64,000 nucleotides of DNA, taken from IMG/VR virus record IMGVR_UViG_3300017991_000048, positions 124,001-188,000 of that record. One strand, 5' to 3'. Both the position numbers and the translations under genes were made by a program. The notes beneath the pieces were generated by a model. That model ran no database searches, had not been told where the DNA came from, and worked only from the letters and a program-made list of their open reading frames with translations. Below, in pieces: positions 1-9,077 of the stretch. Position 1 is the first letter of the stretch, and each line of letters begins with the position of its first letter.

Positions 1-2
1 AC

Positions 3-485
3 ACTGTCAAGCTTTGTGAATCTATCAAGGAACTGGGTTTCAACCTTCGCCTCTCATTGAATATGTCGGACATCTATAACGAGGTAGCCCCGGAAAAGTT
101 TTTTGAGACCGCCAAAGAGCTTGACGCTGATCAGATAACATTCAGAGAGCTTTATGCTGCGGAGTCTGACTCAAAGCAAGCCGAGTGGGTAAAGGAACAT
201 TCTTATGCCCGGAACGCTTGCAAATACATGACAGTGAAAGAGCATGTTGAACGTTATGGTCGGAGGTTAGAACGGCTTTCTTTCGGCTCTGATCGGTATT
301 CACTGGACGGGCTATCGGTTGTTATTGACGATAACTGTATGGATAGGGAAAGGGCTAAACTTTTCTGGCCGGTACATCCTTTTCACGACTTTCCTTTCCC
401 CACCAAGACCTTACGTTATCTCATTCTCCGGGAAGACGGCAAACTCTACACAAAATGGGACGACAAAGGTTCCTTACTGTTTTAG
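3..485 (+). CDS. radical SAM-like protein, C-terminal part (5'-truncated by window edge)
   Basis: Frame is open from position 3 (TVKLCESIKELGFNLRLSLNM...). 'ADQITFRELY' and terminal 'YLILREDGKLYTKWD' resemble C-termini of phage radical SAM proteins; the CxxxCxxC motif is not in the window. Confidence 0.45.
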   Translation, partial: TVKLCESIKELGFNLRLSLNMSDIYNEVAPEKFFETAKELDADQITFRELYAAESDSKQAEWVKEHSYARNACKYMTVKEHVERYGRRLERLSFGSDRYSLDGLSVVIDDNCMDRERAKLFWPVHPFHDFPFPTKTLRYLILREDGKLYTKWDDKGSLLF

Positions 486-517
486 GATAGTTAATTCTGT
501 TGTATGTGCCGTAAGGT

Positions 518-916
518 ATGAGCTTACCTGAACGTATAGCCGAACGGTATCAAGCCGCCGCAGCCTCGAAATACGCCGTTATCCGTAAGGAAAAAGGCAA
601 ATACTGTGTCCGATCGCCCAACAACCCTGACTGGAATGGCGGATGTTTTGACTCAGAAGAAGAGGCCAAAAAACGGCTGCAACAGGTAGAGTTCTTCAAG
701 TCCAAAAAGGCATACTACTTAGAAGAAGACGATCCAGGCGATCCAAACGCTGATAAAGTCGAAATGGCACACGTCGTCGCACAAGCAGCCACCTCTTCCC
801 TAAAGAAACAAGTAGGGTACTTACGCGGTTTTCACATATCCCCTTCCGAACTTAGACGGTTTCAGAAAGTCATAGGGTCCGCTGTAGCCAAAGAGATTTG
901 GCGAATATGGCCTTAA
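518..916 (+). CDS. hypothetical protein with N-terminal RIAERY tag; putative internal virion protein
   Basis: N-terminus MSLPERIAERYQAAA followed by small domain IRKEKGKYCVRS...GCFDSEEEAKKRLQQVEFFK. Confidence 0.6.
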   Translation: MSLPERIAERYQAAAASKYAVIRKEKGKYCVRSPNNPDWNGGCFDSEEEAKKRLQQVEFFKSKKAYYLEEDDPGDPNADKVEMAHVVAQAATSSLKKQVGYLRGFHISPSELRRFQKVIGSAVAKEIWRIWP

Positions 917-1345
917 TCACTTCGGCCTCATTTTCACAACGCGCCTGATCTGAGACACCGTAAAGCCTTGAGGTTGCGGTTTGTTAACTTGATGCCAAGC
1001 GGAGAATGTGATCGGTTGTCCGGGCTGTGTCCATTGAACTGGTATGTAAGCCACGGTTTCAAAGTGCGGAACCTGGGGTTGAGCTTGTACTGTTGTTTTG
1101 TTCAGTTCTTCCAGTACGCGGCCCAACAAAAGCCAGAACTCCGTTTTGGCGGCATCCCCTTTGGTCTGATCTGGGTGGTACTCAAGAGCCAATCGTTTAT
1201 AGTTCCGGTGGGCTCTCGCCTTCAGGTCTTTTAGTAACGTTTTGGCCTCAGCTATTGGAACATTACGGATGGTGTCAAAGTCCGTTTGTGTAACCCCAAG
1301 AGCTTTCAGAGCTTTTTGGGACTGGTCTGGGGGAATTGCCGACAT
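917..1345 (-). CDS. J-domain (DnaJ-like) protein
   Basis: YKRLALEYHPDQTKGD: basic helix II plus HPD motif; GTGTA motif 6 nt upstream. Confidence 0.7.
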   Translation of the reverse strand: MSAIPPDQSQKALKALGVTQTDFDTIRNVPIAEAKTLLKDLKARAHRNYKRLALEYHPDQTKGDAAKTEFWLLLGRVLEELNKTTVQAQPQVPHFETVAYIPVQWTQPGQPITFSAWHQVNKPQPQGFTVSQIRRVVKMRPK

Positions 1346-1351
1346 CGGTGT

Positions 1352-1363
1352 ACTCTACACTTG
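1352..1363 (-). promoter_or_regulatory. putative phage promoter, GTGTA motif
   Basis: Minus strand CAAGTGTAGAGT, 6 nt before ATG 1345, no SD. Confidence 0.55.
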
Positions 1364-1391
1364 AAGATAACCCACACCAGGAGAATTACAA

Positions 1392-2111
1392 GTGCCGGTT
1401 ACGCCGTGCATTGGCGACGTTTGGGAGAATAAAGAAGTTGGTGTCGAGGGTATAGTAGTCAGTCTCAAAGGCACTCGTTTAACTCTCGTAAGCCTCACAG
1501 GGAATCGAGCGACCATCAACTATAATCCGGAAACACTGTTTGGAGCGGTATCAATTTGGTGCCGTAAGGAACAAGCACCTCTGTTCACAATGCCTTGCTC
1601 ACGGTTGACCTGCGATAACCCGGCATTTATCCAATACCGACGCCCTGACAGCACATTAGTTGAAGTGGTGTGCCCCTCTCACGTCCCTAAAAACATCGAA
1701 TCGTTTACAGGTATCCTTCCCGATGAAACAGAACGAAATCACTTTGGCGGCTCGAATTGCTGGACCCAAGGCTGTGGTCAGGATACCACAGAGGTCATTG
1801 GGGAGCTTCCATCCGGGGAAGGTTCCATGTGGAACTGCCAGACGTGCGGCAGTTGGTGGATTGTCAGAGTGCTTACTTTTGCAGAGTACGAGGATAGATT
1901 TGGGACACGCTCTCCGGACCGTATCTTAAAACCAAAGGCACTGGTAAGCGATCTTTCTGGGTATAAACTAATTGAAATAGAAGAAACTACGGATCTTCAA
2001 CGCCGTGAAATGCACTACAGAATCTCTATACAACCGAAAGGTAGCAAGCGTTTAAATGGTCCGCGCCCTCGTACCTTATATGATTACCTAAAGCTGCCCG
2101 ACGACTTTTAG
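1392..2111 (+). CDS. hypothetical Zn-finger-containing protein
   Basis: AGGAG SD before GTG; Cys pairs (CSRLTC..C.SH, CWTQGC, CQTC); C-terminal TLYDYL motif. Confidence 0.6.
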   Translation: MPVTPCIGDVWENKEVGVEGIVVSLKGTRLTLVSLTGNRATINYNPETLFGAVSIWCRKEQAPLFTMPCSRLTCDNPAFIQYRRPDSTLVEVVCPSHVPKNIESFTGILPDETERNHFGGSNCWTQGCGQDTTEVIGELPSGEGSMWNCQTCGSWWIVRVLTFAEYEDRFGTRSPDRILKPKALVSDLSGYKLIEIEETTDLQRREMHYRISIQPKGSKRLNGPRPRTLYDYLKLPDDF

Positions 2112-2143
2112 CCAGGATTTTCTTATGGGTGGCTTGTAATAAG

Positions 2144-3418
2144 ATGCCCACTGATCGCATGGCTAAGGTTGTAGTTTCTCGGTTCCTGGAAGCCCGTGCC
2201 ACCAAGAATTACGAGTTCCTGAACGGCCTCTTTAAGGATCTCAGAGAGGTCTGGCATAAACTTCCAAAAAGTAACTGGTGGGGTCCGGGCTATGCGAAGG
2301 TGTCTAAACCTGACTCCGAAATGTACGCGAAAGAGTTTGCCCGTGCGTCGGGTAAACTTCTCAAAGAACTTAAGTTTACAGCCGAAAACCCGTTCCTAGC
2401 CAAGGCGATAAAAAAGTACGAGGGTAAGCTTCGATTGCTCCGTAAGATGTTAAAAGCGTGGTCAGAGGCTAAAGATTATGAGGAACTTCAAGCGGTACTC
2501 GAAAGTCAGGGCACAAAGTCTAAGAATGCTTGGCAAAAATTCATTGAGTATGAAGATCGAGTGCTCGGTCTTATAAGAGGTCTTGACACTGAAGCTGAAA
2601 CCACCATCAACATGGGGCCATATCGAGTCACTTTGATGACCGCCCATCACGACGAGTGGGACGCGGAAAAAGTTAAGAGGCTACAATACGTTTTAGAAAA
2701 AGTAGACGGCACCTTATCCCGTATGGGCTTGAAGTCATTAGCCGGGGGTAAAGTGTTTGCTTTTCCATCCAAAAGAGTTCCAGGGAGTGGGGCTGCCTTG
2801 GCTACTTACCACACGCATCAAGGAGTATTTGAAATTGCCGCTGAAGGAAAAGTTGCTGACCTTATATCTGTTATGCTTCACGAGATGGGGCACAAGGCTT
2901 ATTACACTTTGGTTGAGGGGCGAGGGCGTACAGCGTGGTCAGACTTCTTTGAAGGCGGCTTGGGAACGCCTGACGTTGATTCCATTATCGAAACCTGGGA
3001 GCGTTCATTAGAAAAGATTGACAACGAACGCGATAGACATCGAGGGCGCTTTTTAGCTTACTATATGCAAGAGTTGATGCCAAAGGGTGATGAGGGGGAC
3101 GCCATGTGGCTGAACATGTTGGCCAGACAACTAGGTATCAAAGAAAAGTTCAATCCCTGGACCGGTGCAGTAAGTAAGAAGTCAGTTCCGGGTTTGGACC
3201 AACTCATAGCTAACCGACATAAGGCTAAAGTTTTCCTCTACCCTGTTACCGCGTACAGCGGCACCAACGCTTCAGAACTGTTTGCGGAGACGTTTATGGA
3301 TTATGCAACCGGAGGTGGTAGGCGTGTTCACCCTCTGGTCGCACATGCTTTCAGGATGACTTTGCCAAAGTTCAAAATGGCCCAGTTATTAAACGAGTTC
3401 CCATCCATTCGGGAATAA
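2144..3418 (+). CDS. zincin-like metallopeptidase-domain protein with N-terminal VVSRF tag
   Basis: MLHEMGH (HExxH) plus downstream YSGTNASELFAETF (third-ligand Glu motif); N-terminal KVVVSRFLEA; start ATG 2144 or GTG 2129. Confidence 0.65.
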   Translation: MPTDRMAKVVVSRFLEARATKNYEFLNGLFKDLREVWHKLPKSNWWGPGYAKVSKPDSEMYAKEFARASGKLLKELKFTAENPFLAKAIKKYEGKLRLLRKMLKAWSEAKDYEELQAVLESQGTKSKNAWQKFIEYEDRVLGLIRGLDTEAETTINMGPYRVTLMTAHHDEWDAEKVKRLQYVLEKVDGTLSRMGLKSLAGGKVFAFPSKRVPGSGAALATYHTHQGVFEIAAEGKVADLISVMLHEMGHKAYYTLVEGRGRTAWSDFFEGGLGTPDVDSIIETWERSLEKIDNERDRHRGRFLAYYMQELMPKGDEGDAMWLNMLARQLGIKEKFNPWTGAVSKKSVPGLDQLIANRHKAKVFLYPVTAYSGTNASELFAETFMDYATGGGRRVHPLVAHAFRMTLPKFKMAQLLNEFPSIRE

Positions 3419-3824
3419 AAAGTTCGGTTGTGAACCCAAACGACACCCAGTGACTGGGCTCTTCTGGAACCTGTGGCGGCTTGCCGACGAGTTTGATTTT
3501 GTTAAATAATAGACCACACTGTTTGGCTATTTTGGTTGGATCTGGCCATTTTTTGCACTCTTCAAAGATAACATCTGCAACTTTATTAAATTGTTCAACT
3601 ACCCAATCCTCATGGCCGCGAGGCGCAAAAAAGTAGACATGATCTTGCACTGTACCGAAAGTTAGGGCGGAAATGAGTACAGCTTCTAACAACTCAGAGT
3701 CTAAGGTTTGGTCTGAAACTCCCCGAAATTTTGGGAACTTTTCATAAAAGCTGAGTTGCTTTGGCGTGGCTTCCCTGCTCAATAAAATCTGATGCCTTTT
3801 GCGAATTGGTGTATTAGTTGCCAT
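3372..3824 (-). CDS. hypothetical protein
   Basis: About 150-aa ORF; GTGTA motif 6 nt before ATG 3824. Confidence 0.5.
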   Translation of the reverse strand: MATNTPIRKRHQILLSREATPKQLSFYEKFPKFRGVSDQTLDSELLEAVLISALTFGTVQDHVYFFAPRGHEDWVVEQFNKVADVIFEECKKWPDPTKIAKQCGLLFNKIKLVGKPPQVPEEPSHWVSFGFTTELFIPEWMGTRLITGPF

Positions 3825-3830
3825 GTTCAA

Positions 3831-3841
3831 ACCCTACACCA
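3831..3841 (-). promoter_or_regulatory. putative phage promoter, GTGTA motif
   Basis: Minus strand TGGTGTAGGGT, 6 nt before ATG 3824. Confidence 0.5.
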
Positions 3842-3955
3842 AATTGAAGTTCTTGTGATAATAAACCTCCAAAAACAGCAACTTTAACGTCAAGTGCTGA
3901 ACTTGAAAGGAGGGTGTGTTGATTCATGCACTGACGGTACAACATAGGAGACTAT

Positions 3956-4801
3956 ATGAGGTACTTAAACTTAATCCTGTTTTGTGTAATCGCGTGTTCC
4001 AGTTCCGTCGCTCAGGACGTGAACCCACCGGAGCCACGTCTAGTTAAAAGACAGGAACCGATATTGTTTGAACCCGAACCCGAACCTAAAGCACCCGAAC
4101 CTCGTAAATCAGTTAGAAAGAGCCAACTCGAACTTGAGTGGCTAACCAAGATTTGTGTAAGTGAGGGCGGCTTCAACTACGATGAATGTGAGAAGATTCT
4201 ACAGACGTTAGAAAACATGAAAGAAGAGCATGAGCGTTCTCTTTTATCTATCATGTATGCCCAGTCTTCCCGTGTCACTCGCCAGAAGCCATTTACAAGC
4301 ACCCGCCAAATTTGGGTAAGCCATCTGCCAATGCAAGGTAAGAAGCCACCAGAAAAGGGGTGGGTTGAGTGTAAAAAGAAAGGCGTTCCCAAAGGGTGTA
4401 CCGGCTCATGGTTCACCACATTGAAGAAATGGCTTCCGTTCCGGGATAAGGTTCGTGAGCTTTATTACAGCGAGATCGTTCCGGAGCCGATACCGGGCCG
4501 TCCCATTCAATGGGGTGGTAATATGGACTACTGGATCGGGGTTGGCCGTAATTTCTGTCCGTTGAACAAAGGTGGTCTGTGGAAAAATACTTACTGGGGG
4601 AACCCAGATGACCCTGCCAATGAGGGTAAATGCTTGCCTATTTGCCAAAAGAGGGTCAAAAGCAGTAGAGTGCTATCAGCGGCTATTGCCAGCGGGAGAG
4701 CCAAGCAAAAGCCTCGAATCCAACAGTTACTAAATGGTGATCCCTTTATCCAGGATCTCAATAAAGGAGGGGTTACTGATGACGGAACAAGAACTGACTG
4801 A
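3956..4801 (+). CDS. exported protein, possible SleB/Hydrolase_2-like cell-wall hydrolase
   Basis: AGGAG SD; hydrophobic signal peptide (LILFCVIACSSS); Pro/Glu linker; LTKICVSEGG resembles the L-x-x-I-x-x-E catalytic helix of SleB-like transglycosylases. Confidence 0.4.
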   Translation: MRYLNLILFCVIACSSSVAQDVNPPEPRLVKRQEPILFEPEPEPKAPEPRKSVRKSQLELEWLTKICVSEGGFNYDECEKILQTLENMKEEHERSLLSIMYAQSSRVTRQKPFTSTRQIWVSHLPMQGKKPPEKGWVECKKKGVPKGCTGSWFTTLKKWLPFRDKVRELYYSEIVPEPIPGRPIQWGGNMDYWIGVGRNFCPLNKGGLWKNTYWGNPDDPANEGKCLPICQKRVKSSRVLSAAIASGRAKQKPRIQQLLNGDPFIQDLNKGGVTDDGTRTD

Positions 4802-5240
4802 ACTCCAGGCTCGTTGTATCAGCGCCAGAGCATACGCACGTAAGATCGCCAACGCGGAATATTATGGTGCTGAGTTGGAGATGGAAACCGGACCGGTCCC
4901 ACCTCCGATTGGAAGCCCAAAGTATTCTGCCACCCATTTGCTTGTTCTTATAGACAGAGCTTTTAAGATCCGACAAGGCTTGGAGCAGAAGGCCCCAGAA
5001 CCTAAAGCTGAAAAGCCCAAGGCCAAACCCAAGCCTAAGAAAGCCCCGGAGAAAAAGGCTGCGGCTAAGAAAAAGCCCGAACCTAAGAAAAAAGCTGAAA
5101 AGAAGAAAGTAGCTGCCAAGGCTAAGAAAGCGGCTCCAGCTAAGAAGGCTGCGGCAAAAAAGAAGAAAGCTGCCAAGAAAGCGGCTCCAGCTAAGAAGAA
5201 AGCTGCACCTAAGAAGGCTGCCAAGAAGAAAAAGAAGTAA
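4779..5240 (+). CDS. histone H1-like Lys/Ala-rich DNA-binding protein
   Basis: AGGAGG SD before ATG 4779; C-terminal half is a K/A/P-rich tail (KKAAPAKKAAAKKKK), with a 24-nt direct repeat at 5124 and 5175. Confidence 0.75.
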   Translation: MTEQELTELQARCISARAYARKIANAEYYGAELEMETGPVPPPIGSPKYSATHLLVLIDRAFKIRQGLEQKAPEPKAEKPKAKPKPKKAPEKKAAAKKKPEPKKKAEKKKVAAKAKKAAPAKKAAAKKKKAAKKAAPAKKKAAPKKAAKKKKK

Positions 5241-5242
5241 CT

Positions 5243-5464
5243 TTAGTACCTATCGTAGTGGTACTCTTCCCACATTTCATCCCAGTGGGCATGATGCTCT
5301 GCGGCACATTCTCGGCAAAGTGGGATCGGGGCGTTGGGATCGGGTATCTTATCGTCATGGATAAGCGCCATCCAGAGAGTGTAAGGTTTCTGAGCATAGG
5401 CTGTGCGGGAATCTTCCAATCTAACATTTTTATCTGACCCGCATCCTCGACAAATCATCGTCAT
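5243..5464 (-). CDS. small Zn-finger protein
   Basis: CRGC...CREC...HH; ATGA overlap with upstream stop; contains TLWMAL. Confidence 0.55.
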   Translation of the reverse strand: MTMICRGCGSDKNVRLEDSRTAYAQKPYTLWMALIHDDKIPDPNAPIPLCRECAAEHHAHWDEMWEEYHYDRY

Positions 5465-5934
5465 TGCTGGCACCGGAGTCGAACCATCTCCATAGCAGCG
5501 GTGAGCGTTTCAATCAGAGAGTTGCCACCTGGAACCTGATATTTATTGGCGTAGTAACGTTGATACCTTACCTTTTCCGCATAATGAGGTGCCCCAAAGA
5601 CCACTTTTCCGGAGCGCTTCCAGGTTCCCCACTCGTCATTTGTGGTCAAACCCGGTAAGCTTTCCATGTTTCGAGGGAGCCAAAACAGTATACAACCCGC
5701 TTGGTCAAGAGCGGCCTCTTCCCATACTATTTGGGCTTCATAGTCCGTATCGCCCCAGTCCCCATCAGCCGGTTCAGGGATGAATACGTACCCGTCGTAC
5801 CCCATGCTTTTTAGTGCTTGGAGGGCATGTGGACGCCAGCTTTGGACACTTTCGTTACGGGGGGTGGGTCCAGCCAGGAATATGGACTTAACCGTCTCTG
5901 TCGGGAGAGGATCTTGGGCATAAACGGGGATCAT
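5461..5934 (-). CDS. nucleoside 2-deoxyribosyltransferase-like protein
   Basis: SIFLAGPTPR..SWR, QIVWEEAAL, ILFW, TTNDEWG motifs typical of the NDT/Rcl-like family. Confidence 0.75.
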   Translation of the reverse strand: MIPVYAQDPLPTETVKSIFLAGPTPRNESVQSWRPHALQALKSMGYDGYVFIPEPADGDWGDTDYEAQIVWEEAALDQAGCILFWLPRNMESLPGLTTNDEWGTWKRSGKVVFGAPHYAEKVRYQRYYANKYQVPGGNSLIETLTAAMEMVRLRCQQ

Positions 5935-5950
5935 AGGATTTCCTGTATAA

Positions 5951-5961
5951 ATATTACACCG
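5951..5961 (-). promoter_or_regulatory. putative phage promoter CGGTGTAATAT
   Basis: 16 nt before ATG 5934 with AGGA SD; divergent partner at 6015. Confidence 0.65.
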
Positions 5962-6014
5962 ATTGCTATAAAAGTGAGAAAAATAACGTGTTAGAATTGA
6001 GTTTTAAGGTTCTC

Positions 6015-6025
6015 CGGTGTAATAG
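6015..6025 (+). promoter_or_regulatory. putative phage promoter CGGTGTAATAG
   Basis: 17 nt before ATG 6043 with AGGAGG SD. Confidence 0.65.
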
Positions 6026-6042
6026 TTAGTAGGAGGTCAATT

Positions 6043-6993
6043 ATGCACGAAGTCGAAAATATGTTTTACTACAAGGAGGTGCCCTGGCACGGTTTGGGGA
6101 AGTCCCTGGACAATCCCCCATCCGTGGAAATGGGTATCCTTGAAGCGGGGCTGGACTGGGAAGTTGAGCGAATTCAGTTGGTTATGGAAGGAACAGACAT
6201 TCAGGTTCCAGCCTACGCCAATGTTCGGTCAACCGATCGTAAGGTGTTGGGTGTCGTTGGCCCCACCTACCGACCACTTCAGAACATCGATGCTTTTCAG
6301 TGGTTCCAGCCTTACCTGGATTCCGGTCAGGTTACCCTGGAGACAGCCGGTTCCCTCAGAGGCGGCAGGCACATCTGGGTTCTGGCACGAATTCAGCAAG
6401 ACCCGGTTGAGATTGTCAAGGGTGACCCGGTGGTTGCGTACATCCTGTTGTCAAACTCTCATAACGGGACTGCCAGCATTCGGGCCGGGTTTACCGGGAT
6501 TCGCGTGGTCTGTGCCAACACAGTGGAAGCGGCTCACAGTGCCGGTTCAAGCAAGCTGCTCAAGATTCGGCACACTGAAAACGCCAACGAAGCCCTGGTG
6601 AGCGTCCGTGAGTCCATGGACGTTGCCCGGAGGGAGTTTGTGGCTACCACCGAGAGTATGCAGCAGATGGCTCGTAAGGGCGTGACTGTTGATACCATAA
6701 AGGAATACGTCAAAGAGGTGTTCCAGCCCAAGTTGAGCCTTGCCAACGATGAAGAGGCTCAGGCCAAAATCGACCGTCAGGTTGACCGGCTTATGCCGCT
6801 GATCGAGTCCGGTCGAGGTGCCGATGTACCGGGTGTCAGAGGAACAATGTGGGGTGTCTACAACAGCGTAACCGAGTTTCTGACCTGGGAGCGCGGTCGC
6901 AGCACCGATACCCGCCTGGAAAGCCTCTGGCTCGGTGATGCCGGGAACATTGCTCGGAGAGCCTACGACGTAGCCGTCAGGATGGCTGCATAA
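6043..6993 (+). CDS. DUF932 / TIGR03299 phage-plasmid family protein
   Basis: PWHGLG, AGLDWEV, LGVVGPTYRPLQN, ETAGSLRGG, LLSNSHNG, RVVCANT, RHT, GTMWGVYNSVTEF. Confidence 0.9.
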   Translation: MHEVENMFYYKEVPWHGLGKSLDNPPSVEMGILEAGLDWEVERIQLVMEGTDIQVPAYANVRSTDRKVLGVVGPTYRPLQNIDAFQWFQPYLDSGQVTLETAGSLRGGRHIWVLARIQQDPVEIVKGDPVVAYILLSNSHNGTASIRAGFTGIRVVCANTVEAAHSAGSSKLLKIRHTENANEALVSVRESMDVARREFVATTESMQQMARKGVTVDTIKEYVKEVFQPKLSLANDEEAQAKIDRQVDRLMPLIESGRGADVPGVRGTMWGVYNSVTEFLTWERGRSTDTRLESLWLGDAGNIARRAYDVAVRMAA

Positions 6994-7005
6994 ACACCCA
7001 AAAAC

Positions 7006-7025
7006 CCCCCGTCTTCGGACGGGGG
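7006..7025. terminator. GC-rich hairpin with C(UUCG)G tetraloop
   Basis: CCCCCGTC-TTCG-GACGGGGG directly after the DUF932 stop; A-tract upstream (U-tail on minus strand), no U-tail on plus strand. Confidence 0.55.
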
Positions 7026-7041
7026 AGCAGGTTCAGGTTCC

Positions 7042-8460
7042 GTGAAAATCGATAATGTCAGATTCTGGTTTGCGTGTAACAGTAGCAGCGTCCATAGCGT
7101 TGTAAGGTATCCGACCGACTCCGAAATAACCGACGACCTCTGTGGCGGGGCTGACTATTTTGGGTGGGAGCCCTTTGTAGCCGCCTCAAACAGAACCAAA
7201 AGAAGCTACCTCAAAACTTTACTCTACGGTCGTATGTTACACCTGAGGGAAACCCTGGAGACAGCAACGGAGACTGCTCGTTTGGTTGCTGATCAGGTAT
7301 TCCCGGACACACCCACCGGACACATTGATCACCAGTCAGTGCCTTTGATTCCAAGAAAGTATGGCTCTCACGAGCCATGTTATGAATTTCTCCGCGAGAT
7401 GACCGACTACATTCTACAGGATGGAGTGGTCATTCATGGCGGTAATGATAACAATGACGGAGAGGATGACCCGGCATACCCCAAGGAATCTAATGTTGAC
7501 TGGTACAAAAACATCCCTCTCGACCAAACCGGTGCTAACTGGGTGTGTAGAAAAGAAGGGGATTGGTGGGTTTTGTTCAACCGAATGAGCGGCACCAAGG
7601 TCACCCTGTCCTTTAAAGATGATGCAGCGCCCCGCACAAGGGCTTCGGTCCCTGAACTGGTAGACCTCAAGATAACAGACTTCTGTCCATACGGGTGTGC
7701 TTGGTGTTACCAGGGAAGCACCCACCAGGGCCGTCATGCTGAGGGCACCCGTGAGTGGTTGAATCTACTTGCAGTTGCACAGGTGTTTGAAGTTGCTATT
7801 GGTGGTGGGGAGCCGACCTTGCACCCAGAGTTCAAGAATTTGTTAAGGACGGCACCCTCTGGTTTGAGTTTGAACTTCTCTACACGGAACCTCGATTGGG
7901 TTTGTTATAACGCCGATCTTATCCGAGAGAAGTGTGGGGGTTTTGCTGTCTCAATTAGTGGAAACTATGCTGAAACTGAGCGCGTCATCAAAGCCCTGGA
8001 TAAAGCGAACCTGCTAGAGAAGGCCACACTGCAATATGTAATGAGCACGGCAAGTGATTGGGACTTTGAGGAAACTGTCAAAACCTGCCACGACTCGCGG
8101 GTTCGCCTCACACTGCTTGGCTACAAGACCACAGGGCGTGGTAAAGCCGCAACAAACCGCTTTGAGACAGCCACTCAAGATCGAGACGGGTGGGTAGAAG
8201 TGATCAGTGACCACAGTTACTATATGGCCATTGACACAGCTTTAGCTGCACGGACACCAGAGGACGTGTTCGATGAAACTTTCTTGAGACGAACTGAAGG
8301 CACTCATAGCATGTATATAGATGCGGTGGCCTCAAAAGCCAGCATCAGCAGTTATTCAGACGCTGATATGGTATCTGTTGAGCCAAGCATGGAATCTTTG
8401 ATCAAGGTGTTCAATGGGTTTGGTGAAGCAGAGACTCTTTGGCGGCATCTAAAAGAGTAA
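7042..8460 (+). CDS. radical SAM protein with N-terminal NSSS domain
   Basis: ITDFCPYGCAWCYQ (CxxxCxxC), IGGGEPTLHP, N-terminal RFWFACNSSSVHS; C-terminal TLWRHL. Confidence 0.85.
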   Translation: MKIDNVRFWFACNSSSVHSVVRYPTDSEITDDLCGGADYFGWEPFVAASNRTKRSYLKTLLYGRMLHLRETLETATETARLVADQVFPDTPTGHIDHQSVPLIPRKYGSHEPCYEFLREMTDYILQDGVVIHGGNDNNDGEDDPAYPKESNVDWYKNIPLDQTGANWVCRKEGDWWVLFNRMSGTKVTLSFKDDAAPRTRASVPELVDLKITDFCPYGCAWCYQGSTHQGRHAEGTREWLNLLAVAQVFEVAIGGGEPTLHPEFKNLLRTAPSGLSLNFSTRNLDWVCYNADLIREKCGGFAVSISGNYAETERVIKALDKANLLEKATLQYVMSTASDWDFEETVKTCHDSRVRLTLLGYKTTGRGKAATNRFETATQDRDGWVEVISDHSYYMAIDTALAARTPEDVFDETFLRRTEGTHSMYIDAVASKASISSYSDADMVSVEPSMESLIKVFNGFGEAETLWRHLKE

Positions 8461-8471
8461 TGGAGATTAAA

Positions 8472-8638
8472 ATGAGTAGATAAGAGAGCTTCGGGGTCTT
8501 TGCGAAGCGTCTCGGATGACTATAAACAACGTTCACGATTACAAGTTGTCTCCGATGGATCGGGATCACATCAGCACAGCGCTCGCTCGTGCGGTAAAAA
8601 TTGCAGACAAGCTTTTGGAGGGTGAAGATGAAAAATGA
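8472..8638 (+). pseudogene. small ORF apparently broken by a 1-nt frameshift (or 40-aa ORF 8516..8638)
   Basis: GGAG SD + ATG AGT AGA TAA at 8472; the shifted frame continues IRELRGLCEASRMTINNVHDYKLSPMDRDHISTALARAVKIADKLLEGEDEK*. Confidence 0.3.
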
Positions 8639-8671
8639 TACGGCAACCAAGACCGACGTGAAGGCGATCCG

Positions 8672-8872
8672 ATGAAATGGGCCTTGGGTCTTTTTATACT
8701 TTTCGCCGTTGCTTGCCTCTGGGGAGCAGGCAGCGGATTAACTGTGACCGCTCAAGCAAAAATCAATGAGAATAGTTACCATCGACAAATGTTAAAAGCT
8801 GAGAAAGATCAAGCTAAAGCTCTCAAAGAGATAGCGGCGACTCTCAAAACCATTCAAAGGGAGTGCCGGTAA
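8672..8872 (+). CDS. small membrane/exported protein
   Basis: Hydrophobic N-terminus followed by a charged helix. Confidence 0.5.
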   Translation: MKWALGLFILFAVACLWGAGSGLTVTAQAKINENSYHRQMLKAEKDQAKALKEIAATLKTIQRECR

Positions 8873-8885
8873 GGAGAAATTCAAA

Positions 8886-9077
8886 ATGACCAAAACTGTG
8901 ACAACTACCAAAGACTTTACCGTAGCTCATCGTCAGGGTGGCGTGGTCATTACCAACGCCAAATTCAAATGCACCAAGTGCAAGAAATGGAAACCCGCTG
9001 CGGAGTTTGGGCTTCGCAAAATGGGGGATGGCAAGATCAGGAATCAGGCACAGTGTACTGTGTGTCGAGGTGAGTAA
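8886..9077 (+). CDS. small Zn-finger protein
   Basis: AGGAG SD; CTKC..KPAAEF...CTVC. Confidence 0.6.
   Translation: MTKTVTTTKDFTVAHRQGGVVITNAKFKCTKCKKWKPAAEFGLRKMGDGKIRNQAQCTVCRGE

Noticed and set aside
4862-5224. Hydrophobic Ala/Phe-rich minus-strand ORF that looks like a membrane protein
   Set aside because: It is the antisense shadow of the Lys/Ala codons of the histone-like gene.
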